Part shown: positions 16,636 to 26,453 of the stretch, piece by piece
Position numbering within the stretch: position 1 is the stretch's first letter
Layout of the letters: every line of letters starts with the position of its first letter
Origin: a virus
Length of the DNA: 64,000 nucleotides
IMG/VR virus record: IMGVR_UViG_3300027797_000019
Coordinates: 33,024-97,023 of that record
Strand: one strand, 5' to 3'
Program-made: the position numbers and the translations under genes
Notes under the pieces: model-generated
Told to the model about the DNA's origin: nothing
The model's database searches: none
What the model saw: only the letters and a program-made list of their open reading frames with translations

Positions 16636-19600
16636 ATGAAAGTAAGAATCACTAAAAAACCCGGAAGCACTGGAGACCAACGTAATTACGGATTGGTCAG
16701 AGGAAGTGCGTTCGATTCATTTGAAAGCAAGGATAATACCCCTATCTCTGATACAATGGGTGCTGTACCACGAAATCAAGCTAATATTGAAGCTGAGGGT
16801 GGAGAAACTATTGTTGGAGACTTGAACAATGACGGATACTTGGAGCATTTTAAAATTTCGGGTAAGCGTCACTCTAAAGGTGGTGTACCTTTGAATGTTC
16901 CTGGTGGATCATTTATTTTTTCAGATACCCCTAAACTTGCTATTAAAGACCAAGAAGTTCTTGCAAGATTTGGAAAGACTTTTAAAAAAGGTGGGTACAC
17001 TCCTGCTGAACTTGCTAAGCAGTATGACATCAATAAGTTTATTCAGCTAATGAAGGATGATAACTCTGATGCTATTACAAAGCGTACAGCTGGAGATATG
17101 GTTAAAAAGAATTCACAGAAGCTCGCTGAACTTGCATTAGTACAAGAATCAATGAAAGGTTTTCCTAGTGGTGTTCCTTCTATTGCTGCTCCTTTAATGG
17201 GTGCAGAACTAGGTCAAGCTAAGTATGGTGGGAGATTACCTAAAATGGAATTGGCAGGTGATCCTATTTACAATAAAACAACACCTATGTATATTAATGG
17301 GCAGATGTATTATTGGAAAGAAACTGTAGACAAACCCGGATGGGGAACTGGTGATACTGTTGTATTGTATAATCCCCAGACAGGTAAGGAACTTAAAATG
17401 GATAAAGACAGATATGAAACTTTATCTAAAAAAGAGTTTTTACCTACATATGATAATGTTTATGGTAAAGGTTTACCTGATAGAATTAGAGGTGTTAAAT
17501 ATCTAAACTGGGGACTTACACCAGAGGATGCTAAAAATATTAATGGTAATAATCAGCGAGTTTTGACAGATGGTGCAAGAAGAGTTTATCAAGCCGGTCA
17601 AAGATTTTCTACGGATGGGCAAAACTATTTTGAAATTGTAGATCCTTTTGCATATACTGAAGGTTGGGGTGAATCTTCATATTACGGTCCAGGTATGGGG
17701 ACTTATAACGTACAAGAAAAATCTGGTCCTGCTGTTGTAGTTAGACCTTTAAAAGTTACATATGATAATCAAGGTAAACCGGTCTATACAAGAAATGACG
17801 CAGCACCTTTGAGTTATATGACTGACGGAACTATTCTTGACGCACAACAAAATAATAAATTCACGTTTGTAGGAGGAACTCCTGTTTTTAGTGGAAATGT
17901 TGTTAAGGGTGACGCATCTACTGTTACTGGTGGGTTGGAAGGTACTATAGAAAATAAACCTACATATACTAGAACTGGTAAAACATTTGAAAAAGGTGGT
18001 TTAATACCCGTATTTGCAGAAGGAGGTCCTGGCGATAATAAAATCTATGAAGTAAAAGATGCAAGTGGTAAAATTCTATATGAGTATCGTGGAGTTACTT
18101 ATAACAGTTTAGATGAGGCAAAAGCTGCAAGAACAAAAAATGCTCCTGCTGGAAATTCTGGTAAAACTGAACCAAAAACAGGTGGTACACCTACTTTACC
18201 TAAAGAACTTGAATCTGTAAAGGATTATGTAAAGTGGGATAACAATGTTAAGAAATGGCGAGTAACACTACCAGATGGAACATCTTCAGAGGTACGTGAT
18301 AAAGTGGCTAACACTTTGACAAACTATGGTTTTAAAGATGTAATTCAGAGTGGTTCAAAAAAGATAACTACATCTGCTAAAGATTACGATTATTTCTATG
18401 CAGGTTTAAGACCTCAAGATTTTGAAGGTAAAATGGTAAGCAAGTTTATTGGAGCTGAAGAAGCTGGTAAGCTTGATGAAATTGCAACAAGAAAAAAATA
18501 TTTTGAAATTTTAGGAATTACAGGACTAACAGACGATCAGTTAAAAGATCCAAAAGCTCTTTATAACAATAAAGAGTTTATGGAAGGTAAATACTATCCT
18601 GCTTTCCAAAAAGTTCTTCCTCAAGATAAGTTTAGAAAAGTCATGAAAAATGACACTAAATGGGGACTTGAGCACTATGACGCTATACCTGATTTTGGTA
18701 CACCCGAAAAAATACCAACGCCAGAACTTGTTTATTGGTGTCTTCCCTCAAAAGAACAAGGTAAAGACGGTACATCAGGTCAGAGTAAAAAAGAGGAAGC
18801 ACCCGCAGGTGCTGTATTTTATACAAGTGTAGCAGAAAGAGATGCTGCTTGTAAAAATATTCCTACAACCACAACTACTCAGACTAAACAGACTCCTAAA
18901 AACTGGTGGTCACAAGATATTGGAAAATTTGCTGTTGGTCTTACAGATAAAGTGACAGAATTTGACCCCGTTCTTTATCAAGTACCTATTGTAGAAGAAG
19001 ACTATGTTTTACTTGATCCAGCCCGTCAGATTGCTGCAAGACAAGAGCAATTAAATAAGGGTATTGATTTAGTAGAAAATACCAGCGATGGTCAAGTAGC
19101 CCGTGCAAACGTAATGGGATATTCTGGTCAAGCAGCAGAGGATATGGCAAATGTTATTTCACAATATGAACAAGGTAATGTTGGTATTGTAAATAACGCA
19201 CTTGCAAGAAATGCTCAGGGAATGCGTCAAGGAATGTTAGAGAATGCTAAGTTACGCAGCGCATACAATGACGCACTTGCAGTTAAAGGACAAGCAGCTG
19301 AAAACGAAAGAAGACAAATCAAGTATCGTAATTTAGCAAACTGGATGGAAGGTGTTACAAATGCACAAAAGACAAATGAATGGCTTCCAATTCTTACACC
19401 TTCTTACAGAGTTAATGCATTAGATGGTTCTATTAACTATGCAGAAGGTTATGATCCTCGTAGTATGTATACTGGTGCAATTGTAGGAACAAATCCTGGA
19501 CTTTACGATCCTAGTCAAATTGCTTCATCTGTTGCTACAGCTTATGATGAAGGTTATCGTGCAAATATCAGTAAAGGTGAAGATGCTGCTAAGCAAGCTG

Positions 19601-19755
19601 GTAATGCAGCTGCACGTGCAGTACAAATGCGATTGAATAACCAAAATATGGGTATTGGTACTAATGGTTCAATGATGTATCCAGGAGCAGGAATGAATCA
19701 ACAACAAGTGTTGTGGAACATGCTCAACGGTATGCAAGACCCCAATAATCCGTAA
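16636..19755 (+). CDS. crAss-type cargo/ejection protein
   Basis: ANIEAEGGETI...GKRHSKGGVP...FIFSD motif recalled from crAss cargo proteins; helical Q/A-rich C-terminus. Confidence 0.6.
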   Translation: MKVRITKKPGSTGDQRNYGLVRGSAFDSFESKDNTPISDTMGAVPRNQANIEAEGGETIVGDLNNDGYLEHFKISGKRHSKGGVPLNVPGGSFIFSDTPKLAIKDQEVLARFGKTFKKGGYTPAELAKQYDINKFIQLMKDDNSDAITKRTAGDMVKKNSQKLAELALVQESMKGFPSGVPSIAAPLMGAELGQAKYGGRLPKMELAGDPIYNKTTPMYINGQMYYWKETVDKPGWGTGDTVVLYNPQTGKELKMDKDRYETLSKKEFLPTYDNVYGKGLPDRIRGVKYLNWGLTPEDAKNINGNNQRVLTDGARRVYQAGQRFSTDGQNYFEIVDPFAYTEGWGESSYYGPGMGTYNVQEKSGPAVVVRPLKVTYDNQGKPVYTRNDAAPLSYMTDGTILDAQQNNKFTFVGGTPVFSGNVVKGDASTVTGGLEGTIENKPTYTRTGKTFEKGGLIPVFAEGGPGDNKIYEVKDASGKILYEYRGVTYNSLDEAKAARTKNAPAGNSGKTEPKTGGTPTLPKELESVKDYVKWDNNVKKWRVTLPDGTSSEVRDKVANTLTNYGFKDVIQSGSKKITTSAKDYDYFYAGLRPQDFEGKMVSKFIGAEEAGKLDEIATRKKYFEILGITGLTDDQLKDPKALYNNKEFMEGKYYPAFQKVLPQDKFRKVMKNDTKWGLEHYDAIPDFGTPEKIPTPELVYWCLPSKEQGKDGTSGQSKKEEAPAGAVFYTSVAERDAACKNIPTTTTTQTKQTPKNWWSQDIGKFAVGLTDKVTEFDPVLYQVPIVEEDYVLLDPARQIAARQEQLNKGIDLVENTSDGQVARANVMGYSGQAAEDMANVISQYEQGNVGIVNNALARNAQGMRQGMLENAKLRSAYNDALAVKGQAAENERRQIKYRNLANWMEGVTNAQKTNEWLPILTPSYRVNALDGSINYAEGYDPRSMYTGAIVGTNPGLYDPSQIASSVATAYDEGYRANISKGEDAAKQAGNAAARAVQMRLNNQNMGIGTNGSMMYPGAGMNQQQVLWNMLNGMQDPNNP

Positions 19756-19777
19756 TTACACATAAAAGAAACTAATA

Positions 19778-22393
19778 ATGGCGACATACTTACCTAATGT
19801 ACAAGCTGTATTTCCGGAGAGACCATCGTTCACTCCGGACTTCTCTTTTTTAACAAGGGTATTGACTACACAGCAGCAGCGCTATGACGCTAATTTTATG
19901 CGTGTAAAAAACTTGTACAATTCTCAGTTTAGTAAAGCTCTCTCAAATTCTGACAACATTGAATTTAGAAATTTGATGTTAAAAAAGATGGATCAAGAGA
20001 TTGCAAGTATCTCCAATCTTGATTTAGCACTTCCTCAGAATGTTTCTTCTGCAATGACTGTTTTTAATCCATTGCTGCAAGATAATGATTTACAAGCTGA
20101 TTTAGTAAAGACACAACGTGCACAACAAGCTTATCAACAATATCAGCAGTATTCTCAAAGTACAGATCCTGATATTCGTGCACAAGCAAATCCTGCAGCA
20201 ATGCAGTATATTCAGATTGGTTTGGAAGAACTGCAAAATGCAAAGCGAGGTGATGGTTCAATTCAAGCCGCACAGGTACGTGATTTTGTCCCTTTTGAAG
20301 ATTACATAAAATACTTAGATGAAGCTGCTAATAAAGAAAAGCTTTCGATAAAATACACCGCACAAAAAGGTTATTATCTTGTAGATATTGAGAATGGTAA
20401 AGAAGCTATTATGCCTTTTAGTAGCTGGGCGTTAGGTCATCTTGGGAACAGATTTGATAGACAATTTGCAGTTATTGCTGAAGTAGAAAAACATAATGGT
20501 GTAAAAGCTTTTATGCAGCAAGGATTAAGTTATCAGGATGCATTGAAAGCATATGCAAAACAAGTGCAACCTAAGTTAGTTGAAACCTTTGTAAATGCTG
20601 CCGCAAATAGTACAGACAGACTTACTGAATTAGATGCTAAAATTAAATTCTTTAAGGATACTTATGGGGATAATGTACCTGAGCAATTTAAAGATCGCTA
20701 TAATCAATTGCTTGAAGCAAAAAAAGCAATGGATTCTGAAGCAACTACTAATATGAATCAAGCTGCAGATATTGCAAATGCTGATGATATTAGATTGTCC
20801 AATGCTGTGGTTAACTATTTGTTTGGTTCTAAAAAACAAGAAGCTGCTGTTCAGTGGGGTACAAATAAAGCTATGGCAACACAGTCTATGACATATAAGC
20901 CCGATGATGTAAAGCTAAAGTTTGCTCAAATGTCGCATGACAGAAGTATGAAACTTTTAGATCACCAATTATCTAAAGAGCGTGATTATTTGAAGTTTAC
21001 TTATGACTATAAACTAGCTGAAGCTAAAGGTGATATTATACCAGCAGAGGTACCTATGGGTAGAAATACAGACATTGAATCTGTAAGTGCTTTAACAGCT
21101 GCTGCTACTTTGAATAATAATGGTGTACAACAAATGGCATCTTATCTTGTAGATGCAAATGCGGGTTTGTTAAACTTTGTTGCTGGTTCTGAAAAAGGTG
21201 CTATGTATAGTTCACTGGTTAGTAAAATGTCAATGCATGCAAAGGGGAGTCAAATTCAGTATTCTGCCGATGAACTTAAAACATTAAGGGACCTGACTAG
21301 CGCTATGGGTGTTTCTTTTTATACACCTGACAGTCCACAAAAAGCCGGATTGATGATTTCTAATATTTCTACAGGTGTTTATAAAAAAGTAACATTGTCA
21401 AGCGGTGCAATTAATGAAGAAGCTGGGGGTATTAAACATACAAGAGAGGCAATTAAAAATGCATCAGCTTTAGTTCGTGCTTTAAATAATTCATGGAAAG
21501 AAACTACACAAGCGCAAGATGATTATCAAGCAGCACTTAGATTAGAAGTTCTTTCTGGAAACACTGTTAAACCAGAATACAGAGATAAAATAAGTGTTAT
21601 AGGTAATGATAGAAACGGTCGACCCATTTTGAGTGTAAATGCTCAGTTTGAGAAAGCTGTTGAAATGAAAATTTCAGGGACACTTCCTCAACGATATCAG
21701 AATGTTACTACTACAAGTGGTGATTTGACTCAATTCAATAGACTTAACGGTGCTCAAGTTAGTCAGCTTTTTAACGTGAATACTGCTTCAAAAATTGTTA
21801 TTGACGGTAAAGATGTTACTTCAGATTATAAAAAAGGTGAAGCTGATTTTAATGAAGCTATTCGTGGTATAAATGCAAATGATTTAGCTGAGTTATATGG
21901 TAATAATGCAGAATTTGCATTTAATCCTAACTCAAAAACAGTTGATATAACATTTAGAATTTCACCTACATCAAAATCTGCAACAGGTGTTAATTATAAA
22001 AAAGATGGGTTTGCGGGTAATGAAGTAAAGATTACTGTTCCTTATTCACAAATAGGTAGAATTATACCTGGTGCGATAGATAACATTCAAATGAATAGTT
22101 ATGATCCACAATCTCTTATGAATTTGGATTTATTTGCAACACAACCTTTTAGTGTTGTAAATTTCCCTTCATATATGGAAAGTGCAGGATTTAAAGGTAC
22201 AATTAGTGGTCAAGTAACTGGTGATGGTGCATATGCTTTAATTATTCAAGGAACAAAACGAATAGGTGGAAAAGATGTTTCATTCAAATATCCTGTTACT
22301 CAAAACATTGCTCCTGGTGATGTTAATGCGCTTAATGCTGTTGAAACAATCCTTGAACAAGAATTTCAAAAATACCTAGACCAAAGTAATTAA
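19778..22393 (+). CDS. Putative cargo/ejection protein
   Basis: 871-aa helical protein (FTPDFSFL...QQQRYDAN) within the cargo-RNAP operon. Confidence 0.5.
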   Translation: MATYLPNVQAVFPERPSFTPDFSFLTRVLTTQQQRYDANFMRVKNLYNSQFSKALSNSDNIEFRNLMLKKMDQEIASISNLDLALPQNVSSAMTVFNPLLQDNDLQADLVKTQRAQQAYQQYQQYSQSTDPDIRAQANPAAMQYIQIGLEELQNAKRGDGSIQAAQVRDFVPFEDYIKYLDEAANKEKLSIKYTAQKGYYLVDIENGKEAIMPFSSWALGHLGNRFDRQFAVIAEVEKHNGVKAFMQQGLSYQDALKAYAKQVQPKLVETFVNAAANSTDRLTELDAKIKFFKDTYGDNVPEQFKDRYNQLLEAKKAMDSEATTNMNQAADIANADDIRLSNAVVNYLFGSKKQEAAVQWGTNKAMATQSMTYKPDDVKLKFAQMSHDRSMKLLDHQLSKERDYLKFTYDYKLAEAKGDIIPAEVPMGRNTDIESVSALTAAATLNNNGVQQMASYLVDANAGLLNFVAGSEKGAMYSSLVSKMSMHAKGSQIQYSADELKTLRDLTSAMGVSFYTPDSPQKAGLMISNISTGVYKKVTLSSGAINEEAGGIKHTREAIKNASALVRALNNSWKETTQAQDDYQAALRLEVLSGNTVKPEYRDKISVIGNDRNGRPILSVNAQFEKAVEMKISGTLPQRYQNVTTTSGDLTQFNRLNGAQVSQLFNVNTASKIVIDGKDVTSDYKKGEADFNEAIRGINANDLAELYGNNAEFAFNPNSKTVDITFRISPTSKSATGVNYKKDGFAGNEVKITVPYSQIGRIIPGAIDNIQMNSYDPQSLMNLDLFATQPFSVVNFPSYMESAGFKGTISGQVTGDGAYALIIQGTKRIGGKDVSFKYPVTQNIAPGDVNALNAVETILEQEFQKYLDQSN

Positions 22394-22395
22394 TA

Positions 22396-25300
22396 ATGGC
22401 GGAGTTTGAGAATAACCCTTTTGATTCAGTATTTGGATCTGCTGCAACAGATGTATATCAGGACAGACCTAAACTTCCTGATAATCCATTTCAAACAGCG
22501 GTCAATGCTGTAAATACTGGAGGATACGGTGCACAATATTTTCCCGAATCTTCAGTTGCACCTTTTCGTGCACAAGATTTTTTTCAAGCTCAAGGTTTTG
22601 ATCCTGCTAATTATTCGCAGAACTACGCAGGTTATGCTGCAGCAGAAACTTGGGGTAGTACGTTTGGAAAAGCTTTTGATGATTTTGGTTATAAGTTTGG
22701 TAATTCTTTTGTAGAAGGTGCTTATAGTACAGGTAGACTACTTCGTTCAATTTTTACTTTAGGATCTTACGGTATTAATAAAGATGAAGATGATTTGCTA
22801 AAACAATATTATGCTGATCAGGAAAATGAGTTAAAGAATACAATATTTATGACTCCTGAAGAGCAGGAAAGTTTTTTTAACAAAAAGTTTGTCAAAGATT
22901 TTATTGGTAATGCTGGTTATACACTAGGTACACTAGCTGAAATTGCTGCTGAAACAGCTTTAACTTTTGGCGTTGGTGCTGCAGTTTCAGCAGGACTTAA
23001 AGGTGTAGGATTAACTGCAAGAGCAGCTACATTGGGAGCTGGTGCAATATCAGCCGAAAGTGCAGCTGCAGGGTTAAGTGCATCAACTAAAGTCTTGGAA
23101 GGTGCAGCTGCCGCAGGAAGAGCTGCCGTTGACGATGTTGCAAAAGCGGGTATGACTCATGCAGAAGCTGCTGCTAATCTAAGCACCATGGGTCGTGTTG
23201 GAGAGTTTGGTAATAGAGTTGTAAATGAGACTTTCAGAGCAGTCGGAATGAACTTTGCTGACATTGCAAAAGCTCAAGGTCTGTATAATAAGATTTGGGC
23301 TGCTGGTGAAAACTTTATTCCTGTAGCAGGTAATTTAATGCGGACTGGTAAAGAACTAGCAATTGCTGGTGCAAATGGTGCAGACATGTTAAAACTAGCA
23401 GGTGTTGGTTTTAATGGTTTTAGAAGAAGTTTAAATGAAATGACTCTTGCTACTTCTGAGTCAGCATTTGAAAGTGCTAATGCTTATGGTGATACATATA
23501 CAGCATTGCATAATCAGTTTAGAGAACAATATGACAGAGTTCCTACAGAATTAGAAGAAAAGGCTATTAGAGAAACAGCAATGAATGTTGGCGGAAGCGT
23601 GTTTGATATAAACATGGGTATTCTGCTAACAATGAATAAAATACAGTTTGGTAACTTGTTTAGTCGATTTGGACCTACTAACAAGTTCATGCGTGAGATG
23701 GTAGTTAATAACGCTGAAGATAGAGTACTTGCAAGAGCTGTTGCAAATGACGTAAAAACTAAATTTTACAAACAAGGTTTTTTAGGAACGTTTGGGAATC
23801 TTGGTGAAATTGCAGAAGACTTTGGTAAAAAAAGAGCTACTTGGGAAGCTACCAAATCACTTGGTAGAGGTATGGGTAAGTTTGAACTTACGGAAGGTGT
23901 GCAAGAATTACTCCAAGAAGGTAGTGCTGTAGGTGTAAAAGACTATTATGAGTCTATTTACAACGGTAACCCAATGTCTTTAGAAGAGTCTATAACTAGA
24001 GGTGCTCGATCTCAAGCAAACCAGGAAGGTTTTAAGACATTCTTAATGGGTGCTTTGACAGGAAGACTTGTTGCTCCAGTTACATATGTAGGTGGTAAAG
24101 CCAGTGAATATGGTTATGCTGCTGTGCAGGGTAATCTTGAATCAATGAAAGTTCAAGATCAAAAAGTAACTGACGCTGTTAACCAGCTTAATTTATTTTT
24201 TGACAATAAGCGTAACGGTACACAGCACTATGTAAGAAATGCGAGAGAACAAGCAGTAGCTTCTGAAAACATCACAGAAGCTGCAACAACGGGTAACGTA
24301 TATGAATTTAATAATGCTAAAGAAGATGCGTTGGTTTCAGCTGTAAGAGCTGCAATGATGACTAATACAACTGATGCTTTTGTTTCAGCACTACGCCAAA
24401 CTGGTGAACAATTTTCAGAAGCAGAGTTTAAAGAAGCGTATGGTGTTGATGTAAATGAAACCGGGTATAACTCTGTTAAAGAGTTTACCAATAAGATTGC
24501 TGATGACATTAATACTTATACAGATACATATAAAAGTTTAGTAAGAAAATATGGACCATTAGTAGATCCTCAAATATTTCCTAAAGACAGTAAGGATTTT
24601 CGCAGAGCTATGTACTTACAAAATGCTTTGTATGGTGCAATAGATGTTGTTGCAGTAAATAGTATCAAAGGCAAACAAGCTGGCGAAAGAAGTAGAACAT
24701 TAGCAAATGAGCTTAGATCTATTAGTGAAATTGCAAATAGTGCTGATTACGCTCTACGTATTTTAAGTAATCCTAGAAATCTAGAAAGTGAATTAGGTAT
24801 TGCTCAAAGTGAGCTTGCGAGTTTACAGGCAAGCTATGAACAAACACAAGATCCTGCTTTAAAGCAAGCTATTGATAACAAAGTTGAAGAGCTTGAATTA
24901 CTCAATAGTTGGAAACAGTTTTGGTTATTTGAAAATACAATTGAACAACAAGAGCTTGAAGGTCAAGAAGAATTGAGTGGTGATGAGCGTGAAAAAAATA
25001 AAAAACTCCCTAAAGATTTACAGTATACATTTATTGGTACAGCAAACAAAAAAGCATACCAAGATGGTACTCTGACTAAAGAAGAATTTGATACTCTGAT
25101 TAAAAATGACACTGTTCAACAGTTATTCAAAAAGATTGTCAATCTTAAAAATAAACAAGCGGGTCTAGATACAAGAGTATCGGATGAGACAATTAGACAA
25201 AGCATTGACAAATTAGTCGACTACATTCGTCTGGATAAAAATGCTAAAGACTACATTAATGCTGTTGATATTCTCCTAGACCCTAAGAATTTTAGAAAAG

Positions 25301-26433
25301 CACATTTACGTTTTGCTGATGGTGAATTTAAAGCTCGTATTTCTGATGCCCTTACATGGTTAGAAAATGAGCTGGTATTGAGTATTACCAGAAGAGAAAT
25401 ATCAGAAAGATTTTCAGGTCAAGCGCAAATTAATCCTGTAGAATTCATCGAGTTTTACATGGACAATTTTGAAAAAGTAAGTAAAGAGGTTAAAGATTTT
25501 GTAAAGAGTCAAGATTCTTATAAGAAAATATTTGCTGTATACATTTCAGCTAATCGTGGTGTTGAAGAGCAAGAGTATGTTCAGGAAGAGCTTACAAAAC
25601 TTATAGATGCTATTAAAGAAAAGTATAACATAGATAAGGAAAAAGCACCGAATGTAGCTGAAAATCAAGACAATACAACGCAACCGCCTTCTACGACTAC
25701 TCCAGTTAACGATGACGAAGACGATCCTCAGGCTACGCCAGTTACAGCTGCTGATATTCAATCTGCAACAGGATTAGACGAGGACGCTGCTACTGATGCT
25801 GAAGAACTTGTACCTGCTCAAACTATACCGAAGACAGCAGCAGAAGCTGATGATTTATCTATACTAGATGCATTTGATAATGCTCTAACATCTGCACCTG
25901 TAGAAGATGCTGCTCAACCATCGGAAACAATTCCTGTGACAGATACTAAACCTGCAGAGCAACCAGAGCAGAAAAGCTCCGTAGAATTAGATTTATTTGT
26001 TGTAGATCTTGCTGCACAATCATTACCTAATGCATCTTGGGCAGTGCAAGCACAGTTTATTAATGATCTCAGAAAGAAGTTTGAGAATTATAATCGCAGA
26101 GCTAAGAAAAAATTAGCAGACATTGAAGAATATGTTCAAACAGTTTCTGGTAAGAAGGCGGTAAAAGATCTTATTTCAAATGCTGGGCAGTCACAAACTG
26201 AAATACAATTTGCAGAACCTGTAATTGAAACAAGAGACATATCAACACCAAATATTGATGTTGCAAATCTTACACAAGAGCAGGTTATAAACTTTGAAGA
26301 TTTAAAAAATACTCATTCTGAACTTGTAGAGTTTAAACAAAAAGCTCTACAAAATAAGGAAAAAAGTGTTAACTTTGATATAGAGAGAGACTTGGCTTCA
26401 GACATCAATGATGCGCTGACTTGTCTCTTGTAA
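22396..26433 (+). CDS. Large virion (ejection) protein with membrane-inserting G/A-rich segments
   Basis: 1345 aa; TLAEIAAETALTFGVGAAVSAG and TEGVQELLQE...FLMGALTG segments; acidic P/T/A linker near the C-terminus; directly upstream of the RNAP gene. Confidence 0.55.
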   Translation: MAEFENNPFDSVFGSAATDVYQDRPKLPDNPFQTAVNAVNTGGYGAQYFPESSVAPFRAQDFFQAQGFDPANYSQNYAGYAAAETWGSTFGKAFDDFGYKFGNSFVEGAYSTGRLLRSIFTLGSYGINKDEDDLLKQYYADQENELKNTIFMTPEEQESFFNKKFVKDFIGNAGYTLGTLAEIAAETALTFGVGAAVSAGLKGVGLTARAATLGAGAISAESAAAGLSASTKVLEGAAAAGRAAVDDVAKAGMTHAEAAANLSTMGRVGEFGNRVVNETFRAVGMNFADIAKAQGLYNKIWAAGENFIPVAGNLMRTGKELAIAGANGADMLKLAGVGFNGFRRSLNEMTLATSESAFESANAYGDTYTALHNQFREQYDRVPTELEEKAIRETAMNVGGSVFDINMGILLTMNKIQFGNLFSRFGPTNKFMREMVVNNAEDRVLARAVANDVKTKFYKQGFLGTFGNLGEIAEDFGKKRATWEATKSLGRGMGKFELTEGVQELLQEGSAVGVKDYYESIYNGNPMSLEESITRGARSQANQEGFKTFLMGALTGRLVAPVTYVGGKASEYGYAAVQGNLESMKVQDQKVTDAVNQLNLFFDNKRNGTQHYVRNAREQAVASENITEAATTGNVYEFNNAKEDALVSAVRAAMMTNTTDAFVSALRQTGEQFSEAEFKEAYGVDVNETGYNSVKEFTNKIADDINTYTDTYKSLVRKYGPLVDPQIFPKDSKDFRRAMYLQNALYGAIDVVAVNSIKGKQAGERSRTLANELRSISEIANSADYALRILSNPRNLESELGIAQSELASLQASYEQTQDPALKQAIDNKVEELELLNSWKQFWLFENTIEQQELEGQEELSGDEREKNKKLPKDLQYTFIGTANKKAYQDGTLTKEEFDTLIKNDTVQQLFKKIVNLKNKQAGLDTRVSDETIRQSIDKLVDYIRLDKNAKDYINAVDILLDPKNFRKAHLRFADGEFKARISDALTWLENELVLSITRREISERFSGQAQINPVEFIEFYMDNFEKVSKEVKDFVKSQDSYKKIFAVYISANRGVEEQEYVQEELTKLIDAIKEKYNIDKEKAPNVAENQDNTTQPPSTTTPVNDDEDDPQATPVTAADIQSATGLDEDAATDAEELVPAQTIPKTAAEADDLSILDAFDNALTSAPVEDAAQPSETIPVTDTKPAEQPEQKSSVELDLFVVDLAAQSLPNASWAVQAQFINDLRKKFENYNRRAKKKLADIEEYVQTVSGKKAVKDLISNAGQSQTEIQFAEPVIETRDISTPNIDVANLTQEQVINFEDLKNTHSELVEFKQKALQNKEKSVNFDIERDLASDINDALTCLL

Positions 26434-26453
26434 ATAAGCTAATCCGGTAAACT

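Noticed and set aside
25640-25985. Acidic P/T/A-rich low-complexity tract
   Set aside because: Consistent with an ordinary disordered linker; no nucleotide-level repeat seen.
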